This document shows positions 17,759 to 28,198 of a stretch of 64,000 nucleotides of DNA, piece after piece; position 1 is the first letter of the stretch, and every line of letters begins with the position of its first letter. The notes below the pieces were generated by a model. The model was not told where the DNA came from and searched no databases. It saw only the letters and a program-made list of their open reading frames with translations. Both the position numbers and the translations under genes were made by a program. Source of the stretch: Alphaproteobacteria bacterium. Lineage in GTDB: Bacteria; Pseudomonadota; Alphaproteobacteria; Rs-D84. The stretch lies in the NCBI GenBank assembly GCA_017472065.1, contig JAFURB010000008.1, positions 107 to 64,106 of the forward strand, read 5' to 3'.

Positions 17759-18643
17759 ATGTTTGTAACAGAAAAACTGAAAACATTTTCATGGGTAAAC
17801 GTTGGCAATCCCGACCACGAAGATTTTGAAAAACTGCAAAACGATTACAAAATTGACGAAGACACTATTTCAGATATTTTAGACCCAGATGAACAGCCAC
17901 GCTTTGAAATCGAAGAAGATTACAAGGTTATTATTGTTCGATTTCCCATTATAAATCGCGAAAGTGATACACTGTGGCATACGGAACCGTTGTCTATCAT
18001 TTATACCACAAATCGGGTTATAACTGTATGTCGCAAACGATGTGATTTGCTGGATAAAATTAAACGGTCTGAAAAAACATCACGCGAAGAATTTATATTG
18101 AACATCATGTACTATATCGCGGAATCGTATCTGCGTATGTTAAAAGAATTAAACAAACGCGTATTGGCATCTAAACGCGTGTTACAGGAACGCATCCGCA
18201 AAAAAGAACTGATGGATTTATTAGAGGTTGAAAACAGTTACACACTGTACATGGCGGGGATTAAGGGCAATGTCGCGGTGTTGGATAAACTGGAAAAAGT
18301 GCGCGGATTTGTTAAAACGGATGAAGCAAAAGAACTGGCCGAAGATGCGCGCATCGAATTGGCCCAGGCAACCGAAGTCGTCGCAACATATGGCAAAATG
18401 CTAAAGGCAATCAAAGAAACATTTGAAAGTGTCATTAACATGGATTCAAACACAAACATTAACCGATTAACAATGTGGAACATTGTGCTGGTTATACCGA
18501 CGGTGATTGTTGGATATTATGGGATGAATATGCGCCTGCCATTTGCGGAAAGCCCACATGCCGCCGTATCGGTATTTATCGCGATAATGGTATTGCTGGT
18601 TGGATTCGCATTATTTGGCGCAATAAAAAAGAGAATTATATAA
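17759..18643 (+). CDS. corA: CorA-family magnesium/cobalt transporter
   Basis: 294 aa. Two C-terminal TMs with the signature YGMNM (GMN motif). Confidence 0.88.
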   Translation: MFVTEKLKTFSWVNVGNPDHEDFEKLQNDYKIDEDTISDILDPDEQPRFEIEEDYKVIIVRFPIINRESDTLWHTEPLSIIYTTNRVITVCRKRCDLLDKIKRSEKTSREEFILNIMYYIAESYLRMLKELNKRVLASKRVLQERIRKKELMDLLEVENSYTLYMAGIKGNVAVLDKLEKVRGFVKTDEAKELAEDARIELAQATEVVATYGKMLKAIKETFESVINMDSNTNINRLTMWNIVLVIPTVIVGYYGMNMRLPFAESPHAAVSVFIAIMVLLVGFALFGAIKKRII

Positions 18644-18644
18644 C

Positions 18645-19511
18645 ATGGTACTGTGTCAAGATTTTACACTGCATACACACACAAACGAATTTGATGGCAA
18701 AAACACCGCAGCAGACATGATTGCCGCGGCACGAGATGCCGGATTCAAGACAATCGGGATTTCAAATCACTTTATCGTACACCCGACAATTAATCGGACC
18801 AAGTTATATGGCGCGGCGGTGGCGGGTGGATATCAATCAATGTATTCAACCAGTTTTAGCGAAGCACTGGCCAAGTTTCAACCACACTATGAAGAACTGA
18901 TGAAATTACAGGATAAAAATCCTGATATTCGCATTCTGCGCGGGATGGAGGTTGACTTTTTCCCAACATCACAATGGCAAGATGGTTTCGCACATGTATG
19001 CGATGTGTTAAGGCCAGACTATTTAATCGGTTCTGCACACTTTGTTGAATATGGTGGCACCGTGTGCAATGTACATGACATGGCGGCGGTTGATGCAAAA
19101 ACATGTGATGAAATGTTGAAAATATACTGGCAGAACATTAAAAATTTGGCGGAATCTGGGTTGTTTAATTGGCTGGCGCATTTGGATTTGCCAAAAAAGA
19201 AAAAATTAGGCACAGGCAAACAGTGGGACACGACCAAGGCAGATGTCGTCGCCACAATTGCACGAACAAAAACACCGGTCGAAATAAACACCAGCGGATA
19301 CAAACTGGGGACAGGACAACCATATCCAGATGATAAAATTATGAAAATGATTGCGGAACATAATGTTCCTGTGCTGATATCTGATGATGCACATCATGTC
19401 AATCAAATTGGCATGAATATGGATTGGGCATATATGCAGGCGCAGGATTGCGGGATAAAAAACTTCCCTTGTTTACAGAAAATACTTGATTTTCGTGGAA
19501 AAAGACTATAA
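18645..19511 (+). CDS. PHP-domain phosphoesterase (HisJ-type histidinol-phosphatase family)
   Basis: 288 aa. LHTHTNEFDG N-terminal metal motif, GISNHF, and SDDAHH near the C-terminus. Confidence 0.7.
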   Translation: MVLCQDFTLHTHTNEFDGKNTAADMIAAARDAGFKTIGISNHFIVHPTINRTKLYGAAVAGGYQSMYSTSFSEALAKFQPHYEELMKLQDKNPDIRILRGMEVDFFPTSQWQDGFAHVCDVLRPDYLIGSAHFVEYGGTVCNVHDMAAVDAKTCDEMLKIYWQNIKNLAESGLFNWLAHLDLPKKKKLGTGKQWDTTKADVVATIARTKTPVEINTSGYKLGTGQPYPDDKIMKMIAEHNVPVLISDDAHHVNQIGMNMDWAYMQAQDCGIKNFPCLQKILDFRGKRL

Positions 19512-19630
19512 ACTGTGCGCGCTGGGTAATCAGAACTGATTAAGCGGCGGTGCGTTTTGGTCCCGCATGTGATAAGGATTCTGTTAAAATATTCGGCACA
19601 ATATAAAAACCAAAAACAAAGGAAAAAACT

Positions 19631-20263
19631 ATGGCAAGAGCAGGCGCAAAGCGCAATACTCGCAAATTAAAGATTGGACGTTCATTGGGCGTCAATCTGT
19701 GGGGCCAGGCAAAATCCCCATTTAACAAACGTAAATATAAACCAGGTCAGCATGGACCAACATCACGCGGTGGTAATTCGTCTGATTACGCAAAACAGAT
19801 GCGCGCAAAACAGACATTAAAGGGTTACTATGGTAACATCGGTGAAAAAAAGTTCCGTGCATATTATCTGGAAGCAGACAATATGAAGGGCGACACACCA
19901 GAAAACTTGATTGGTTTGCTGGAACGTCGTTTGGATGCGGTTGTATATCGTGCAAAATTGGCACCAACTGTGTTCTCTTCACGTCAGTTAATCAGCCATG
20001 GTCACATCTATGTTAATGGCCAGCGCGTTAAGGTTGCATCATATCGCGTAAAGCCAGGTGATGTTATCACTGTCAGCGAAAAAGCAAAACAGATGCCATT
20101 GGTCGTTTTGGCCCTGGAATCTGGCGAACGCAATTTTGCAGACTATGTTTCTGTGGACAGCGCGAACTTTACAGCGACTTTCGTACGCGTACCTGCGTTC
20201 GAAGATGTTCCATATCCGGTTCAGATGTTCCCAGAATTGGTTGTTGAATTCTATTCTCGTTAA
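19631..20263 (+). CDS. rpsD: 30S ribosomal protein S4
   Basis: 210 aa. Motifs RLDAVVYRAKLAPT and QLISHGHIYVNGQRV (S4 domain). Confidence 0.95.
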   Translation: MARAGAKRNTRKLKIGRSLGVNLWGQAKSPFNKRKYKPGQHGPTSRGGNSSDYAKQMRAKQTLKGYYGNIGEKKFRAYYLEADNMKGDTPENLIGLLERRLDAVVYRAKLAPTVFSSRQLISHGHIYVNGQRVKVASYRVKPGDVITVSEKAKQMPLVVLALESGERNFADYVSVDSANFTATFVRVPAFEDVPYPVQMFPELVVEFYSR

Positions 20264-20284
20264 TAGAGAAGGGAAAAGTAAAAA

Positions 20285-20307
20285 AACCGGCATCGCCGGT
20301 TTTTTTA
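20285..20307. terminator. bidirectional terminator between rpsD and pyk
   Basis: AACCGGC-ATC-GCCGGTT flanked by an A-tract and a T-tract. Confidence 0.75.
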
Positions 20308-21678
20308 TTAATCTAATGTTCGCAAACTGATTTTATCTTCGTCCACGATAACAAGTTTTCCTATATTTATATTAAAACGACGGGCCGCGTTAAATGCATC
20401 ACGCATGCCAAATAATTTTTCATCATAAATTGGGAATATGCCACGCGCCAGGCACAACTGGTTCGCGGTAACAGATTCATTACATACCGCCACGATTGGA
20501 ATATCAGGCTTGCGACATGAAATTTGAACCGCGATATCGGTTTCACGCGCGAAAACAACAATCGCAGACGCCTTGTTCAAATATGCCATCGATGCAACCG
20601 AACGCGACCAATCGTTTTCAGGTATATTTTCAACACGCGACCAATCAAATGGATTTGCAATCGCATCCATGTCGGCATGCGATAAAATCTTGTACATCGT
20701 TTCGATAACATTTACAGGATTGATACCAATCGTTGTTTCTTCGCTTGTCATGGTTGAATCCGCACGCAGGTATGCCGTGTTCGCAACATCGGTAATTTCG
20801 GCACGGGTTGGAAATTCACTGGCCACCATGGAACCCAACATCTGGGTTGCAACGATAACCGGTTTATTCATTTTTCTGCATTCACGAATAATACAACGCG
20901 ATATAGCAGGAACATCTTGGTACGGAACTTCGACCGCCAGGTCGCCACGCGCAATCATAATTCCGTCAGCTGCGGCGGCAATATCACAAATTCTTGCCAC
21001 GGCATTTGGACGTTCTATCTTGGCAATAATCTTTATCGGGTGCGCGGTGCGCTGGGTGATAAAATCACGAACCTCGGCCACATCTTCGGGGCGTTGCACA
21101 AAAGAAATTGCAACATAGTCCGGATTTTTTGTAATCGCATATTCTAAATCAGCCCTATCTTTGGCGGTCAGTACCGATGTCGCAATTTCGGTATCTGGCA
21201 AATTAAAACCACGACGCGACCAGATTTTATCGCCACGCAACACCGTTGTCACAACCGTGCCATCAAACACATCATCAACACGCATTTCAATTTTACCGTC
21301 ATTTAATAAAACCCTGTCACCAATGTTCAATGATTTCAGCACATCGGCATCGGGCAATTGAACACGCGTGTTGTCACCCGGGGTCGGGTCATTATCAAAT
21401 GTAAATTTTTGGCCGATTTGTAAATCGTATGGATTTTCAGTCGCAAAGTTCCCAATACGATGTTTTGGCCCCTGCAAATCAATCATAACCGCAACGGGGG
21501 TTTCCAGTTCTTCGGAAATAGAACGTATCATGTCGATTTTGCGCCCCTGGGTATCGCCTGTATCGTGACTAAAATTCAAACGACAAACATTAACACCCGC
21601 AGAAATCATGCGCGTCAGCGTTTCTTTATCTTCGCATTTTGGACCAATTGATGCAGTGATTTTTGTGTATTTATTCAT
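20308..21678 (-). CDS. pyk: pyruvate kinase
   Basis: Trimmed to MNKYTKITASIGPKC. Motifs NFSHDTGD, MIARGDLAVEV and TQMLGSM. Confidence 0.92.
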   Translation of the reverse strand: MNKYTKITASIGPKCEDKETLTRMISAGVNVCRLNFSHDTGDTQGRKIDMIRSISEELETPVAVMIDLQGPKHRIGNFATENPYDLQIGQKFTFDNDPTPGDNTRVQLPDADVLKSLNIGDRVLLNDGKIEMRVDDVFDGTVVTTVLRGDKIWSRRGFNLPDTEIATSVLTAKDRADLEYAITKNPDYVAISFVQRPEDVAEVRDFITQRTAHPIKIIAKIERPNAVARICDIAAAADGIMIARGDLAVEVPYQDVPAISRCIIRECRKMNKPVIVATQMLGSMVASEFPTRAEITDVANTAYLRADSTMTSEETTIGINPVNVIETMYKILSHADMDAIANPFDWSRVENIPENDWSRSVASMAYLNKASAIVVFARETDIAVQISCRKPDIPIVAVCNESVTANQLCLARGIFPIYDEKLFGMRDAFNAARRFNINIGKLVIVDEDKISLRTLD

Positions 21679-21757
21679 ATTTTCCCTTCCTGTTTTTCTT
21701 GATTTTTTCGTTTTATGGTATATCATAAAGTCATCAAATAAACAAGGGGAAACAGAA

Positions 21758-22006
21758 ATGAAACAAGCAAATCATGGCGCAATCGATAACCAGCAATTGG
21801 TCAGCATCATCGAAAGAATTGAAAAATTAAACGAAGATACCGCTGCAATCGCCGCAGATATCAAGGAAATTTATAGCGAAGCCAAATCTGCCGGTTACGA
21901 CCCAAAATATATTCGCCAGATGATACGTCTGCGTAAAATGGATCCAGATGAAATTGACGAAGCAGACGAATTAACACAGATGTATCGAAACGCATTGGGT
22001 CTGTAA
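21758..22006 (+). CDS. gapR: GapR/DUF2312-family nucleoid-associated protein
   Basis: 82 aa after trimming to MKQANHG (RBS AAGGGGA). LVSIIERIEKLNEDTAAIAADIKEIYSEAKSAGYDPKYIRQMIRLRK is the family signature. The family is restricted to alphaproteobacteria and their phages. Confidence 0.85.
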   Translation: MKQANHGAIDNQQLVSIIERIEKLNEDTAAIAADIKEIYSEAKSAGYDPKYIRQMIRLRKMDPDEIDEADELTQMYRNALGL

Positions 22007-22320
22007 TGAAATCATTTACAAAAAATGTCGAAGATTTTAACTGCGCCCACTGTGGCGCAGTTGTTCATGGCAACGGATACACAAATCATTGCCCAAAATG
22101 TTTGTGGTCGCGACATGTTGATGAAAACCCAGGCGACCGCGCGGCAACATGCGGGGGCATGATGCGCCCTATTGCCGCGGCACCTGATGGCGCGCGATTT
22201 GTTATAACGCACAAATGTGAAAAATGTGGCAAGGTTAAACGCCAACGAACGTGTGACGACGACGACATCGATATGATTATTGAAATCAGTCGCGATAATA
22301 ATTTTATTTTTGGAAAATAA
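22006..22320 (+). CDS. RNHCP-domain protein
   Basis: 104 aa. Motifs CAHCG...GYTNHCPKCLWSRHVD...CGGMM...CEKCG. Confidence 0.75.
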   Translation: MKSFTKNVEDFNCAHCGAVVHGNGYTNHCPKCLWSRHVDENPGDRAATCGGMMRPIAAAPDGARFVITHKCEKCGKVKRQRTCDDDDIDMIIEISRDNNFIFGK

Positions 22321-22323
22321 AAA

Positions 22324-22342
22324 ATCCCGCCACAGGCGGGAT
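22324..22342. terminator. bidirectional terminator
   Basis: ATCCCGCC-ACA-GGCGGGAT with flanking A and T tracts, between RNHCP and pyrG. Confidence 0.75.
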
Positions 22343-22347
22343 ATTTT

Positions 22348-23922
22348 TTATTTATGATTTTTTGCAGCCGCCGCAATAAATGCATTAAACATCGGGTGGC
22401 CGGTGTATGGACTGGATTGAAATTCTGGATGGAACTGACCCGCAACAAAGAACGGATGCGATGGAATTTCAACAATTTCCGGCAATTTGCCATCGGGACT
22501 AAGGCCCGATATTTTCATGCCGGCCGCCTCGAACTTTTCACGCCATGCGATATCCATTTCATATCGATGACGGTGGCGTTCGCTGATGTTTTCAGCACCA
22601 TAGATTTCATATGCGCGCGAACCCGGTGCAATTACACACGGATATCCCCCCAGGCGCAATGTACCACCCATATCCGCCGCATCGTGGTCCGCCATTATGT
22701 TTATAACCGGTGTTGCAGATTTGTTAAATTCGGTCGAATCTGCGTCTGAAATTCCCAATACATTGCGCGCAAATTCAATAACCGCCACCTGCATCCCCAG
22801 GCATATCCCCATGTACGGGACACGATTTTCACGCGCGAATCCCGCAGCCGCAATTTTTCCAGCAACCCCACGCGCACCAAAACCGCCCGGAACCAAGATA
22901 CCGTCAACATCCGCACAATCGTCGGGGGTAAATGTTTCGGCGTTAATCTTTTTCAGTTTTACATGCACATTATTTTGAATACCGGCGTGGAATAAGGCCT
23001 CGTTCAAAGACTTATACGCATCGGGCACATCAAAATATTTTCCAACAATGCCAATATTTACCGTTGGAATATCGGCGACTAGATACTTTTCAATCTTTTC
23101 AAAACGCGTCATGTCGCCAATCGCATTTGGCAGACCAAAATGATCCGCAATAATATCAAACACATGTTGGGATTCATATGCCAGTGGGATTTTATAGATA
23201 TTATCAACATCAATACCACTGATTACATTTTTCGCCGGCAGGTTACAGAACATACCAATCTTGGCACGTTCGTCTGATGTCAGCATACGCGGTGTACGCA
23301 CGATTAACATATCCGCCTGAATCCCGTTTTCCAGCAGGCGACGAACCGACATCTGGGTTGGTTTGGTCTTTAATTCACCAGACTTTTCCAAATATGGTGC
23401 CAATGTTAAATGCACAAACATAACATTGCGACGACCAACTTGGTTTGCAAATTGGCGAATTGATTCCAGGAAAATTTGCCCCTCGATATCACCGACGGTG
23501 CCACCGATTTCACAGACAACAAAATCTGTATCCACAGGGGTGGAAATATAATCTTTTATCTTGTTCGTGACATGCGGAATCATTTGAACCGTCGCCCCCA
23601 GATAATCACCACGACGTTCCGCACTTAACACATCCCAATAAATACGACCGCCGGATACCGAATCGTTGCGTGTTAATTTTGCCCCCAGAAATCGTTCATA
23701 ATACCCCAGGTCTAAATCCGTTTCATAACCGTCGCCGGTCACATAAACTTCGCCATGTTGAAATGGCGACATTGTGCCTGGATCAACGTTCAAATACGGA
23801 TCAAATTTGCGCGCATGCACCGTGTACCCACGCGATTGAAGAAGGGCGCCACAACTTGCCGCCGCGACGCCCTTGCCTAAACTTGAAACAACACCACCGG
23901 TAATAAATATATACTTTGCCAT
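22348..23922 (-). CDS. pyrG: CTP synthase
   Basis: 524 aa. MAKYIFITGGVVSSLGKG N-terminus and glutaminase motif GICLGMQ. Confidence 0.97.
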   Translation of the reverse strand: MAKYIFITGGVVSSLGKGVAAASCGALLQSRGYTVHARKFDPYLNVDPGTMSPFQHGEVYVTGDGYETDLDLGYYERFLGAKLTRNDSVSGGRIYWDVLSAERRGDYLGATVQMIPHVTNKIKDYISTPVDTDFVVCEIGGTVGDIEGQIFLESIRQFANQVGRRNVMFVHLTLAPYLEKSGELKTKPTQMSVRRLLENGIQADMLIVRTPRMLTSDERAKIGMFCNLPAKNVISGIDVDNIYKIPLAYESQHVFDIIADHFGLPNAIGDMTRFEKIEKYLVADIPTVNIGIVGKYFDVPDAYKSLNEALFHAGIQNNVHVKLKKINAETFTPDDCADVDGILVPGGFGARGVAGKIAAAGFARENRVPYMGICLGMQVAVIEFARNVLGISDADSTEFNKSATPVINIMADHDAADMGGTLRLGGYPCVIAPGSRAYEIYGAENISERHRHRYEMDIAWREKFEAAGMKISGLSPDGKLPEIVEIPSHPFFVAGQFHPEFQSSPYTGHPMFNAFIAAAAKNHK

Positions 23923-23964
23923 AAGAATGCCCCCTTATGGAATTCTATCATAGGAAATTTTCCG

Positions 23965-25914
23965 TTGCGGCGCAATCAAATAAATTTCTATACTAAATCC
24001 ATGCAAAAGGTATTGGATTTCCAGCATCAAAACATGTTTCTATGGGTGGGCATCATCATGGCTTTTGGTGCGGCGTTATATTTCACATTACCATACGAAC
24101 CCAATATCCCATATGCACCAATTTTATCAGCCGCATTATTTGCCATTATGATTTGGTCGCGTGTGCCGATTATACTGCGCGCAATTGCAATATTTATGTT
24201 TGGTTTTGTTTATGCATACACATACACACATGCAATTGACACACCACAAATTAAATCAACCATGCATGACACCAATATCATAGGCGATGTTTATAAAATT
24301 GATTTCGCAAATGATAAATCACGCATCTATATAAATACAGATAATGACATGCGTATTCGTGCATCAATCGGCGACAATATTCCCATGCCAAATGTTGGCG
24401 ATAAAATAAGCGCAACTGCAACCCTGTTTCGGCCAGTGGCCGCATATGCGCCGGCAACATTTGATTATGCACGGTGGGCGTATTTTAATAACCTGACCGC
24501 AACAGGATATATTTCTGATTATAATGTTATAACGCCATCAAGTGGTTTTAGCGTTAATTCATTTCGTGACAATTTGCATAAGTGTTCTAATTCTTTTCTG
24601 GTCGATAGTCTGGTATTGGGATATAAAAATTCAGTCCCGGAAAATGACAATAAAATATGGACCGCCACTGGTATTGGACATGTTTGGTCAATCAGTGGAT
24701 TTCACATGACATTGGTTGGCGGTTGGTTGTTTGCGATTTTCTTTTTAATATTTCGTGCGATACCATACATCACGCGACGGGTACCGGCACGAATACCTGC
24801 GATTCTATGTGCGTGGGTGGGACTGATGGGGTATTTATTTATATCGGGGATGGATGTTGCGACAATTCGTGCGTTCTTGATGACAACACTGGTATTCGTG
24901 GCATTTATATTTGGGCGCAACGCAATTTCAATGCGTAATATTTGCATGGCGTTTTGTTTGATATTTCTGATAAACCCGCACTATGTTATGCAGCCAGGAT
25001 TTCAATTATCTTTTTCGGCGGTGTTTGGATTGGTTTGGTTCTGGGGTGATGTGCAATATGTTAAACGCACACACGGTCAAAAAATATTACGCGCAATCTA
25101 TGTAACAATTATGACATCCATTATCGCAACATTATTTACCGCACCATTTGTTGCGGCACACTTCTTTGCAATACCGATTTATGGTTTGATTGGAAATTTG
25201 ATTTTATTACCAATATTTTCTTTTGCGATTATGCCACTGGTTATGATTGGGGCATGTGGGGCAAATTGGGCAACTGAATTTGCACATGGAATCTATAACT
25301 GGACACTGGGTGTTGCAAATTGGATTGCAGAATTACCGGCATCTACAATCGTGATGCCACATATTTCAAACATGGCAATGGTGTGTTTTATCATTGGATT
25401 GGCATGTATAATGTTTATCCGCGCAACGCGATTGCGTGAAAACTGTATTATTGGCGCGATATTTATTTGCACAGGTTTAGCAATAACCATGACACAGCGC
25501 ACACCAATATTTATGTCAACGCATGATAATGAACTGGTTGCGATGCGGCGCGCGGATGGTGAATTAGAATTTAATAAAATACGCGCATCAAAACACTATT
25601 TTGCGTTTGATACATTTATGCAGATTTCAGGCAATGCGCCCAATGCCACACGACACAAACATAAATGCAGTCGTGGTGTCTGTGAATTTAAGTCTGATAA
25701 ATTCACAATAATGTACACACAACGCTTTATGCCGCTGGTTAAAAATTTGAATAATTGGTGCGCGGACGATGGTGTCGATTACATCGTTTCATATCTGGGC
25801 ATAGATGCACCGAATTGCAATCACAAAATTTTACGCAATGCGTTTATAATTTACGATAACGGTCGGGTTGAATATGTGCGCGCTAATCGACATTGGCATA
25901 ATCGGCACGAATAA
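23965..25914 (+). CDS. comEC: ComEC/Rec2-family DNA internalisation channel protein (no recognisable metallo-beta-lactamase domain)
   Basis: Polytopic protein with the Competence-domain motif GIGHVWSISGFHMTLVGGW. The C-terminal ~140 aa has no HxHxDH. The more likely start is the ATG at 24001 (MQKVLDF). Confidence 0.8.
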   Translation: MRRNQINFYTKSMQKVLDFQHQNMFLWVGIIMAFGAALYFTLPYEPNIPYAPILSAALFAIMIWSRVPIILRAIAIFMFGFVYAYTYTHAIDTPQIKSTMHDTNIIGDVYKIDFANDKSRIYINTDNDMRIRASIGDNIPMPNVGDKISATATLFRPVAAYAPATFDYARWAYFNNLTATGYISDYNVITPSSGFSVNSFRDNLHKCSNSFLVDSLVLGYKNSVPENDNKIWTATGIGHVWSISGFHMTLVGGWLFAIFFLIFRAIPYITRRVPARIPAILCAWVGLMGYLFISGMDVATIRAFLMTTLVFVAFIFGRNAISMRNICMAFCLIFLINPHYVMQPGFQLSFSAVFGLVWFWGDVQYVKRTHGQKILRAIYVTIMTSIIATLFTAPFVAAHFFAIPIYGLIGNLILLPIFSFAIMPLVMIGACGANWATEFAHGIYNWTLGVANWIAELPASTIVMPHISNMAMVCFIIGLACIMFIRATRLRENCIIGAIFICTGLAITMTQRTPIFMSTHDNELVAMRRADGELEFNKIRASKHYFAFDTFMQISGNAPNATRHKHKCSRGVCEFKSDKFTIMYTQRFMPLVKNLNNWCADDGVDYIVSYLGIDAPNCNHKILRNAFIIYDNGRVEYVRANRHWHNRHE

Positions 25915-26626
25915 AATACAGACCCGATGCCGGCGCAGTGGGACCGGCCACGCTGCGATTTTTTGCCGCCAGTATTTCATCAATATCATATGGTTTGCCA
26001 ACACCAATTTCAATCAAAGTGCCAACAATATTGCGTACCATGTGGTGCAGAAATGAACGCGCAGAAAATTCAAAAATAATTTCATCACCACTTTGCGTTA
26101 TTTCGATTTTATCCAATGTTTTGATTGGGGATTTTGCCTGGCATTCAGATGCACGAAAACTGCTAAAATCGTGATTACCAATTAACTGCTTTGCGGCGGC
26201 GCGCATTGCATCAATATTTAATTTCCGTGGCACCCAATAAACACGATTTTTTTGCAGTACCGGCGCCATTGGACGATTTAACACAACATATTTATAATGG
26301 CGCGCAATGCAATCAAAACGCGCATTAAATTCATCCGATACAATTTCACACGCACGCACAACAACCGGTTTGCCGGTCATGTAAAAATTTAGCGCACGCA
26401 TAACCGTCTGGGCCGGTGTATCACCCGGCAAATCAAAATGCGCCGTCATTGCAACGGCATGCACGCCTGCATCCGTGCGGCCCGCACCAACGACATCGGG
26501 GCGCATCCCACAAAATCCATAAATCGCATCTTTGACCAATGATTGTACGGACGGGCCCTGGGCATTTTCTTGCCAGCCGATTAAATCGGTACCATCGTAT
26601 TCCAAGATTACTTTGTATCGTGTCAT
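25883..26626 (-). CDS. truA: tRNA pseudouridine(38-40) synthase TruA
   Basis: 247 aa. YDGTDLIGWQ and GAGRTDAGVHA catalytic motif. Its 3' end overlaps comEC by 32 nt (convergent). Confidence 0.93.
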   Translation of the reverse strand: MTRYKVILEYDGTDLIGWQENAQGPSVQSLVKDAIYGFCGMRPDVVGAGRTDAGVHAVAMTAHFDLPGDTPAQTVMRALNFYMTGKPVVVRACEIVSDEFNARFDCIARHYKYVVLNRPMAPVLQKNRVYWVPRKLNIDAMRAAAKQLIGNHDFSSFRASECQAKSPIKTLDKIEITQSGDEIIFEFSARSFLHHMVRNIVGTLIEIGVGKPYDIDEILAAKNRSVAGPTAPASGLYFIRADYANVD

Positions 26627-26645
26627 TATTTTGTTTTATCCGTTT

Positions 26646-26846
26646 TTATCGTGTGTGTGCCTGGCACTGACGACAACGCGTGTCGCCCAGCGATAACAGT
26701 ATTTCTAATTTCAGTTGCCTAAAATCCGAACACGCATGACAATGTGTTCCCTTGCAATTCAAGCACGGACATTCGCCATTGTTATTGTGTTCAGACACAC
26801 AGACATGAACACCGGTCAAAGCACATAATTTTTTATTATCTGACAT
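26646..26846 (-). CDS. 66-aa cysteine-rich protein (hypothetical, probable metal-binding)
   Basis: MSDNKKLCALTGVHVCVSEHNNNGECPCLNCKGTHCHACSDFRQLKLEILLSLGDTRCRQCQAHTR. It has 11 Cys including CxC, CxxC and CxxC pairs. Packed between fmt and truA. Confidence 0.45.
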   Translation of the reverse strand: MSDNKKLCALTGVHVCVSEHNNNGECPCLNCKGTHCHACSDFRQLKLEILLSLGDTRCRQCQAHTR

Positions 26847-26848
26847 GC

Positions 26849-27655
26849 TTATTCCCCATACTTTATCGGCGCACCACGCAGGCCGTTTACAAAACTTTTC
26901 CAATCCATTGGATTTTTGCCAGCTGGCTGAATCCGCGTGATTTTTAATTCGTTGTTTTCAATTCTGGTTTCCAAGATTTTTACATCCACACCACTAATTT
27001 TTGTACGCCCACACCCCAGCGCACGAATTTGATTATGTATTTGATACACAGATTTATTCCAATCAATTATTTCATCTGCGCCCGTCCATTTGTGGGTAAA
27101 TGAAGGCGCACCATTCTGGGGCGTGGCAGGATATGCACCGGGATTCGCCAAATATTCAACCAACATATCCGCGCCGATTTTAGAAACTGTTTCTTCGACA
27201 GTTTCATTTGTGTCGTTTTCGCCAATTTCAAATTCACGACACATATATACATCGCCTGCATCCAATTCCGCCGTCACATCCATTAAACATACCGCAGATG
27301 TTTTGTCGCCATTATAAATTGCCGTCCTGATTGGTGATGGGCCACGATATTGTGGCAGACGACTTGGGTGAATATTGATGCACGGCGCAGACGATAAAAC
27401 ATTATCACGCAATATCACACCGTATGACACAACCACAATCATATCTGGGGTATAATTGTATTCGGCTATATTTGTATGCACGGTTAAATTATTTTCATCC
27501 GCCCAGACATGTACGGGTGACGGGGTTAATACTTTTTTACGCCCCACCGGTTTCGGCGCGCGCGTGAACACAGCCAGAATTTCATGACCTGATTTTTTTA
27601 TTCTATCAAACATCGGGACAACAAATGCGTTTGTTCCCATCAAGACCAGTTTCAT
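26849..27655 (-). CDS. fmt: methionyl-tRNA formyltransferase
   Basis: 268 aa. N-terminal MGTNAFVVP, INIHPSRLPQYRGPSPI motif. Follows def with a 4-nt overlap. Confidence 0.9.
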   Translation of the reverse strand: MKLVLMGTNAFVVPMFDRIKKSGHEILAVFTRAPKPVGRKKVLTPSPVHVWADENNLTVHTNIAEYNYTPDMIVVVSYGVILRDNVLSSAPCINIHPSRLPQYRGPSPIRTAIYNGDKTSAVCLMDVTAELDAGDVYMCREFEIGENDTNETVEETVSKIGADMLVEYLANPGAYPATPQNGAPSFTHKWTGADEIIDWNKSVYQIHNQIRALGCGRTKISGVDVKILETRIENNELKITRIQPAGKNPMDWKSFVNGLRGAPIKYGE

Positions 27656-28152
27656 TTGCGGCGTCTCACTTTTCTCATAACCATTTCACGGCGTACCGGT
27701 GACAGATGGTCAATAAACAATGTCCCATCCAGGTGATCTGTTTCATGTTGAACAATGCGTGCCGGCAACCCCGACATTTGCGCGCCAACGCGTTCGCCAC
27801 TTTCATTTGTCCATTCAACGGTAACCGATGCAGGACGGGTAACATTTGAAAATACCGGTAAATTATCCGCCCCCAGGACAGATAAACATCCCTCTTCCAT
27901 GGTGCATTTTTCGTTGGACACAGATGTGATTTGTGGGTTTATCATGCGATATACCGTCTTGGTATCTGGGTCCATCATAACCAAAAAACGCGATAAAATT
28001 CCAACCTGGGGCGCGGCCAGGCCAACGCCATTTTGCGTGTCCATCATCGATACCATTTCGTCCAAGGTCGCCAGCAATTCCGGTGTTATTTCCGACACCG
28101 GTTCACATTTTTGACGCAAGACTAAATCGCCACAAAGTTTCATTTGCAACAT
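27652..28152 (-). CDS. def: peptide deformylase
   Basis: 166 aa. Motifs GVGLAAPQVG, EGCLS and HETDHLDG. Confidence 0.95.
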   Translation of the reverse strand: MLQMKLCGDLVLRQKCEPVSEITPELLATLDEMVSMMDTQNGVGLAAPQVGILSRFLVMMDPDTKTVYRMINPQITSVSNEKCTMEEGCLSVLGADNLPVFSNVTRPASVTVEWTNESGERVGAQMSGLPARIVQHETDHLDGTLFIDHLSPVRREMVMRKVRRRK

Positions 28153-28198
28153 GTATAAATCCTTATATAATAACGATATAATATCAAAGGAAAGGAAA

